Positions 59,373-64,000 of a DNA stretch of 64,000 bases are shown here, piece by piece. The notes below the pieces were generated by a model. The model was not told the DNA's origin. It made no database searches and saw only the letters and a program-made list of their open reading frames with translations. The first letter of the stretch is position 1. Each line of letters starts with the position of its first letter. The position numbers and the translations under genes are program-made. The DNA is from an uncultured Lachnospiraceae bacterium (GTDB taxonomy: Bacteria; Bacillota; Clostridia; Lachnospirales; Lachnospiraceae), in NCBI GenBank assembly GCA_944384025.1, contig CALWRS010000004.1, forward strand, positions 34,581 to 98,580. The letters run 5' to 3'.

Positions 59373-59408
59373 TACCTGTTTTCGTTTTTTTGCCCTACAT
59401 CCTCTTTC

Positions 59409-60290
59409 TTAATCCTGCTGTATGCGGATCCTAAAACTTCTGGTCAATCTCTCGCCTACAGGCAGACACAGCACGTCCTCTTTTTCCCGGAAATCGCCGG
59501 TAAAGTCCTCGTAGTCCGCATGTCCTTCCCACGGTTCAATACAGACAAAGCGCGCACCGTTTGCAGGCGCCCACAAACCAAGAAACGGGAACTCATGAAA
59601 ATCGACACACAGCGCATCTTTGCGATGTTTCGAAGCAAGCGTTACCGTTTTTGAATCCAGACGTTCAAAAATCAGCGCATCTTTTGCAAAAGTCTCCCTA
59701 TTTAAAGGAATCTCCCGCTCTTTGTTAAGGTACGGAACGCGTTCTCGCCGCAGACAACCGTTTTCGTTTAACACAAGCACCGATGCCGTTTCCTCCTTTT
59801 CAAACAGGAAACTCGAATCTGTCAGCTTCTCGTTGGGCGAGAGCGGACAGAAAAATGCCGGGTGACTTCCAAGGCAGAAATAAATCGGTTTCTCGTCTCG
59901 GTTAATAACCGTGTAAGAAACCGTTACCGTGTCTCCGCAAAGCGTATAGCGGTTCTCCAGTATAAAGCGATACGGATAAACTTCCAGCGTTTCCCTAGAA
60001 TCCGTCAATTGAAAACGCAAACTGTTTCCGGTCTGCTCTACAAGAGTAAATTCGCGCGTTCGCGCAAAACCATGCTGCGGCAAATAATACGTTTTGCCGT
60101 CAATTCGATACGCGCCGTCCGCCACCTTTCCCACAATCGGGAACAAAACCGGCGCATGGTATTTCCAGCCAGCAGGATTGCCGTCCCATAAGTATTCTGT
60201 CCCGTCTTTTTTCCCGGTGATAGAATGCAGTTCCCCGCCGTAAGTCGCTGCGGTAATTTTCAGCTGTTCATTTTCCAGTTTGTAGATCAT
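59409..60290 (-). CDS. Aldose 1-epimerase family protein (LacX/YihR-like)
   Basis: MIYKLENEQLKITAATYGGELHSI, VLFPIVGKV, LPQHGFAR. Start set to the ATG at 60290 after GGAGAAGGAAGGAGAAG. It overlaps the upstream gene's 3' end by 23 nt. Confidence 0.8.
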   Translation of the reverse strand: MIYKLENEQLKITAATYGGELHSITGKKDGTEYLWDGNPAGWKYHAPVLFPIVGKVADGAYRIDGKTYYLPQHGFARTREFTLVEQTGNSLRFQLTDSRETLEVYPYRFILENRYTLCGDTVTVSYTVINRDEKPIYFCLGSHPAFFCPLSPNEKLTDSSFLFEKEETASVLVLNENGCLRRERVPYLNKEREIPLNRETFAKDALIFERLDSKTVTLASKHRKDALCVDFHEFPFLGLWAPANGARFVCIEPWEGHADYEDFTGDFREKEDVLCLPVGERLTRSFRIRIQQD

Positions 60291-62943
60291 ATGCTTCTCC
60301 TTCCTTCTCCGCCGTCTGTCCCATCTCCCCCAACGCTTCAAATGGCAAGAAGCGGCTGCGCGGCTGCTTTGCGCGATGCTGCTCCATCCTTTCTTGGTGC
60401 GTTGTTTGCACTGCTTCCCACAGCTCTTTTGCAGACTGCCGAATCGCTCCCTGTCCCCAAATAATCAGCTGTTCCAAAGCGTCGGATGTAGCGACCGTTA
60501 CCTGATACTTTTTCCCGATGCGATGCACGGTTTTTTCGATGTATTGATCGGCCGTTTCCGCCTCCTTTGTATAGACAACGTACAAATTCTGGTAACGCGT
60601 TACTTCGCCGGGATTGCCTTTTACTTTATACGCATCGAATACAACGATAACCGGATAACCGAGATAGCCCTGATAATTGCAAAGAATGTCCAAAAGCCGT
60701 CCTCGTGCCGCGTCGAGATTCTCCGCCGCTAGGCGCGCGAGCTCTTCCCATGCAAACACAATGTTGTAGCCGTCAACAAGCAAGTATTGCTCGCGCTTTG
60801 CAGGCGGTGTTTCTTTGCTTGTAGTCTGCGCGCGCTCTGCCTTGCTCTCCTTTGCGTATTCACGTTTTTTGGGCCGGTTCCACGGGTTTTTGTCGGTTGC
60901 CCGATTGCCATAAGTCCGAAGAAAAATCTCCTCGATTTCTCCTTGCGTAATCGTAAGCTCACCGCTTCCCGCTTCCCTTTTTTCAAAAGTATTTTCCTCT
61001 TTGCAGCGCTTGGCTTTTGTCGCAGGGCTTTCTACGTGCGCGTGCCGCGCAACTTCGTCCCATGGCACAAAATAACCTGCGCCGTGCGCACAAAAGATTG
61101 AACCGGTCGGATCGGCCTCGTCTTGTTCCGGGTCATACCCTGCTTCCAAAATGACCTGCGCCTCTTCTTGGCACAATGCATAGCCTGCCACTTGCAGCGA
61201 AAGTACCCCAGCCCCTCGCGTATATTCCCGCACCTGTGCCGCATAGGAGCGCAATTTGGCAACGGGCGCTTTGCCCCACAAAACACTGCGTTCTTCTCCC
61301 AGCGCTTCCGGCCCGCAAATAGTGCCGTTTTTTTGCTGCAAATCCGTCATAGCGCGTCCGATGGCTTCCGTTGGCAGCTCCAGACGATATTCGTAAACCG
61401 GCTCTAAAATGCGGCAGTTTCCGCGCCGCAGCGCATTACGCACCGCGCGATACGTCGCTTGGCGGAAATCGCCTCCCTCGGTATGCTTTGGATGCGCACG
61501 TCCTGCGATAAGCGATATCACAACGTCCGTAAGCGGTGCGCCAAGCAAAACACCGGTATGCACGCGCTCCTGCAAATGCGTCAAAATCAGCCGCTGCCAG
61601 TTTTTCGCAAGCATGTCCTCGCTGCATAAGCTCTGCACACGAACGCCGCTCCCGCGCTCCCCGGGGTCAATGCGAAGATGCACTTCCGCATAATGCCGCA
61701 GCGGTTCAAAATGCCCGACGCCGTACGTTGTCTCGCCTACTGTCTCCCGGTAGACGATGGCTCCCTCTCCAAATGTGACTTCCACGCCAAAACGCTCGTG
61801 AATCAGGCTTTGCAAAATTTCAAGCTGCACCTCGCCCATGGTTTGCACCAAAAGCTCTCCGGTCTCTTCATGCCACCGCACCGAAAGCTCCGGCAGTTCT
61901 TCGGCTAGCCGAAGAAGACGTTCATGCATTGTTCGTGCGGGGACGCTCTTTGGAAAATTGATTCGGCAGGAAATTACCGGCACTAAGCTTGGCTGCATTC
62001 CTTCTCCTTCCGTGCCAAAGCCTTGTCCGCAAAAACTGCTATGCAGCCCCGTCACCGCACAGACCGTGCCAGCGGGTGCTTCCTGCAATAAGCGATAGGT
62101 GTTTCCGGAATAAAGCCGAATCTGATCGACTTTTTCTTCGCCTAAAAGCGTCTTAACCGGCAGCGTTCCTCCGGTTACTTTCAGATACGTAAGACGGCTG
62201 CCGTCCGCCTCCCGAACAATCTTAATTACCCGTGCGCCAAACTCCTCCGGATATTTCTTCGCCGGAAAATACGCCGCAATTCCCCGAAGCAGCTCTTCTA
62301 CGCCGGTCAGCTTCCTTGCAGAGCCAAAATAGCAAGGACAGAGCCTGCGCGTAGTTATTGCTTCGGAAAGCGTCTTCAAAGAAAGCTCTCCGGTCTCTAA
62401 ATACTCCTCCATCAATGTCTCGGAGCAAAGCGCCGCCGTCTCCATCCCTTCTGCGTCTTTTGTCAGCGGGAAGCCAACGATTGTATCGGACAGACGATTT
62501 CGCAGCTCGAGGAGCAGCTGTTTTTGCGACGTGTCGGGCAGATCCATTTTGTTGACAAACAAAACCATCGGAATCCGGTATCGGCCCAACAGCTTCCAAA
62601 GCGTTATCGTCTGCGCCTGCACGCCTTGCGAAGCACTGATAACTAGTATTGCCGCATCAAGCGCCTGAAACGTGCGCTCCGTCTCTGCGGAAAGGTCCGC
62701 ATGTCCCGGCGTATCAAGAAGCGTTACACTTCTTTCGTCAAGCACGGTCTGCGCCTGCTTGGAAAAGATCGTAATTCCGCGCTGGCGCTCCAAACGGTGC
62801 GTATCCAAAAACGTATCTCTGTCGTCAACACGCCCTGGCTTTCGCACTTGTCCGGTCAAATACAAAATGCTTTCCGCAAGCGTCGTTTTTCCCGCATCGA
62901 CATGCGCTACAAGTCCCAATATCAGTTGTTCCGATGTTCTCAT
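60268..62943 (-). CDS. TetM/EF-G-type translational GTPase fused to a C-terminal Rae1/YacP NYN ribonuclease domain
   Basis: About 891 aa from the ATG at 62943 (MRTSEQLILGLVAHVDAGKTTL). G motifs present: AHVDAGKTT, RGITI, DTPGH, NKMD, GSA. It is colinear with ribosomal protection proteins over about 640 aa. A K/E-rich linker follows. The last ~170 aa are LLVDGYNIVFAW...VIVVFDAYKV...KEAETADQYIEK...VATSDALEQLIIWGQGAIRQSAKEL, matching YacP/Rae1. Confidence 0.8.
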   Translation of the reverse strand: MRTSEQLILGLVAHVDAGKTTLAESILYLTGQVRKPGRVDDRDTFLDTHRLERQRGITIFSKQAQTVLDERSVTLLDTPGHADLSAETERTFQALDAAILVISASQGVQAQTITLWKLLGRYRIPMVLFVNKMDLPDTSQKQLLLELRNRLSDTIVGFPLTKDAEGMETAALCSETLMEEYLETGELSLKTLSEAITTRRLCPCYFGSARKLTGVEELLRGIAAYFPAKKYPEEFGARVIKIVREADGSRLTYLKVTGGTLPVKTLLGEEKVDQIRLYSGNTYRLLQEAPAGTVCAVTGLHSSFCGQGFGTEGEGMQPSLVPVISCRINFPKSVPARTMHERLLRLAEELPELSVRWHEETGELLVQTMGEVQLEILQSLIHERFGVEVTFGEGAIVYRETVGETTYGVGHFEPLRHYAEVHLRIDPGERGSGVRVQSLCSEDMLAKNWQRLILTHLQERVHTGVLLGAPLTDVVISLIAGRAHPKHTEGGDFRQATYRAVRNALRRGNCRILEPVYEYRLELPTEAIGRAMTDLQQKNGTICGPEALGEERSVLWGKAPVAKLRSYAAQVREYTRGAGVLSLQVAGYALCQEEAQVILEAGYDPEQDEADPTGSIFCAHGAGYFVPWDEVARHAHVESPATKAKRCKEENTFEKREAGSGELTITQGEIEEIFLRTYGNRATDKNPWNRPKKREYAKESKAERAQTTSKETPPAKREQYLLVDGYNIVFAWEELARLAAENLDAARGRLLDILCNYQGYLGYPVIVVFDAYKVKGNPGEVTRYQNLYVVYTKEAETADQYIEKTVHRIGKKYQVTVATSDALEQLIIWGQGAIRQSAKELWEAVQTTHQERMEQHRAKQPRSRFLPFEALGEMGQTAEKEGEAYDLQTGK

Positions 62944-62972
62944 CCCGTACCCGATCTCTCCGTTTTCGATTA

Positions 62973-64000
62973 TTATTCGCACTTCATAGCAACCGTCAAC
63001 TGATTGGCGCCTCCCGTAACGACCGCTTTTGCACCGCAAATAAGCGGCATCATCGGCGGAAGATGTCCAAGATCTACGTCCATAACAACCGGAACACGGT
63101 ATTCTTGAAGCAAATCGTACACCGCATGGTACTGGTCAAGTCCCATAAGCACCTGTCCGTACTGAAGCGGTCTGCCAATGAGAAATCCCTTCACATGCCG
63201 AAACCATCCTGCGTGCTGCATCTGCCAGACAGCGCGGCGGATTGCCATAACATTTAAATCGCAAGCCTCCAAAAACCAGAGAATGCCGTCCTCGCGGTAA
63301 CGCTGTACAAAATCTTCCACGCGGTCGTACTGTGTGCCAAGCAGATTTACAAGGCAATCCATGCAGCCGCCCAAAAGCCGCCCCTCCATGCGTATCTCTC
63401 CGTCGTTTCCTGCCTCCGGGAAAAATCGCAATTCGCGAGGCTGTGTTGCATGGTACGGCATACAAGGATTTTCCTCGTCTTTTAACGACTCCTTTTCCCA
63501 GCAATCGTACCCTTCCATCGTAAGCTTCCTGCCGCGCAGCAGCTCGTACGCGTCGGCAATTGCTGGGTGCCAGGGTTCCATGCCAAACGCGGGTGCATTC
63601 GGCCCGTAAACAGAAGCGACGTCGCAAAGCGTTGCCAGCAAAAACGTAAAATTCGTATTGTCTGAATATCCCATGTACCACTTCGGCGGCGCGTTCTTTA
63701 TTTTCTCCCAGTCCACGTCGTCCAAAATTTCACACATCAGCTCTCCGCCGGCGCAGGAAAGCAACAAGTCGCTTTCCCGGCTGCAATAAGCGTCCGTCAA
63801 TTCCTTTGCACAAAGCGCGGGAGTATTGCTGATTCCGATTCCTTTTCCTTCATAGCAATTCGGCCCAAGCACAAGCCGATGCCCTTTCCCAGACAACTTC
63901 TCCTGCGCGGACAAAAAGGCCGTTCGGTACGGTTCTATATTGCACCCAAAAGACGGTGCGACAAAGCCAATCGTTCCATTTTCTTCTAAGAATTTCGGAT
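62973..64000 (-). CDS. LD-carboxypeptidase (peptidase S66), N-terminus just beyond the right edge
   Basis: The reading frame stays open to the window end (..PKFLEENGTIGFVAPSFG..). Ser-nucleophile context MGYSDNT and His context DLGHLPP. The track start at 63914 is an internal TTG. Confidence 0.8.
   Translation of the reverse strand, partial: PKFLEENGTIGFVAPSFGCNIEPYRTAFLSAQEKLSGKGHRLVLGPNCYEGKGIGISNTPALCAKELTDAYCSRESDLLLSCAGGELMCEILDDVDWEKIKNAPPKWYMGYSDNTNFTFLLATLCDVASVYGPNAPAFGMEPWHPAIADAYELLRGRKLTMEGYDCWEKESLKDEENPCMPYHATQPRELRFFPEAGNDGEIRMEGRLLGGCMDCLVNLLGTQYDRVEDFVQRYREDGILWFLEACDLNVMAIRRAVWQMQHAGWFRHVKGFLIGRPLQYGQVLMGLDQYHAVYDLLQEYRVPVVMDVDLGHLPPMMPLICGAKAVVTGGANQLTVAMKCE

Noticed and set aside
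60268-62943. Calling the GTPase fusion a tetracycline-resistance determinant (tet(M)/tet(O)-like)
   Set aside because: Similarity to ribosomal protection proteins is at family level only, judged by eye. The C-terminal NYN fusion, the chromosomal housekeeping context and the absence of any mobile-element genes argue against an acquired tet gene. Resistance cannot be inferred without a phenotype or close identity to a known allele.
63136-63681. 181-aa minus-strand ORF in another frame of the LD-carboxypeptidase gene
   Set aside because: It is an out-of-frame overlap with a gene that has S66 catalytic motifs, and its composition is Arg-rich.

Overview
By-eye annotation only; no database searches were run. 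The window looks like an ordinary chromosomal segment of a Gram-positive Firmicute, probably a spore-forming Clostridia-type organism. Supporting signs are ylbJ, a SPOR-domain amidase, a fabK/fabT-type FASII cluster and a PPi-type PFK. I call about 57 protein genes, most on the minus strand. I found no rRNA, tRNA, CRISPR array, transposase, integrase or phage genes.

Gene blocks, in order:
- 1-16091 (-): a teichoic-acid-like phospho-glycopolymer locus. It holds GT2, glf, a split TagG/TagH-type ABC exporter, a GT61-like protein, two TagF-family phosphotransferases, two IspD/TarI-type cytidylyltransferases, LicD, an SDR, an O-acyltransferase and a pyruvyltransferase fusion.
- 16111-20025 (-): a c-di-AMP operon (two membrane proteins, cdaA, cdaR, an HPr-like gene). 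It runs straight into the glycopolymer locus and lacks glmM.
- 20173-27960 (+): a DUF402 protein, carB without carA, and a large GH2 hydrolase.
- 28006-39233 (-): purA, a symporter with an acyl-CoA synthetase, a SPOR-amidase, DUF1015, two membrane proteins and argS.
- 39426-49466: aspartate kinase, a cyclophilin, the ylb synteny block (tmcAL, ylbJ, coaD, rsmD), mrp, pfp and a MATE transporter.
- 49501-59372 (-): a complete FASII operon with a fused accD-accA, a 3'-located FabT-like MarR, and a FabT-type palindrome at the fabH promoter.
- 59409-64000 (-): an aldose epimerase, then the most unusual gene, then an LD-carboxypeptidase.

The most unusual gene (60268-62943) is a TetM/EF-G-type translational GTPase fused in-frame to a Rae1/YacP NYN endoribonuclease domain.

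The supplied ORF track uses TTG and GTG starts. I trimmed several N-termini to downstream ATG or GTG codons that have good Shine-Dalgarno sequences.
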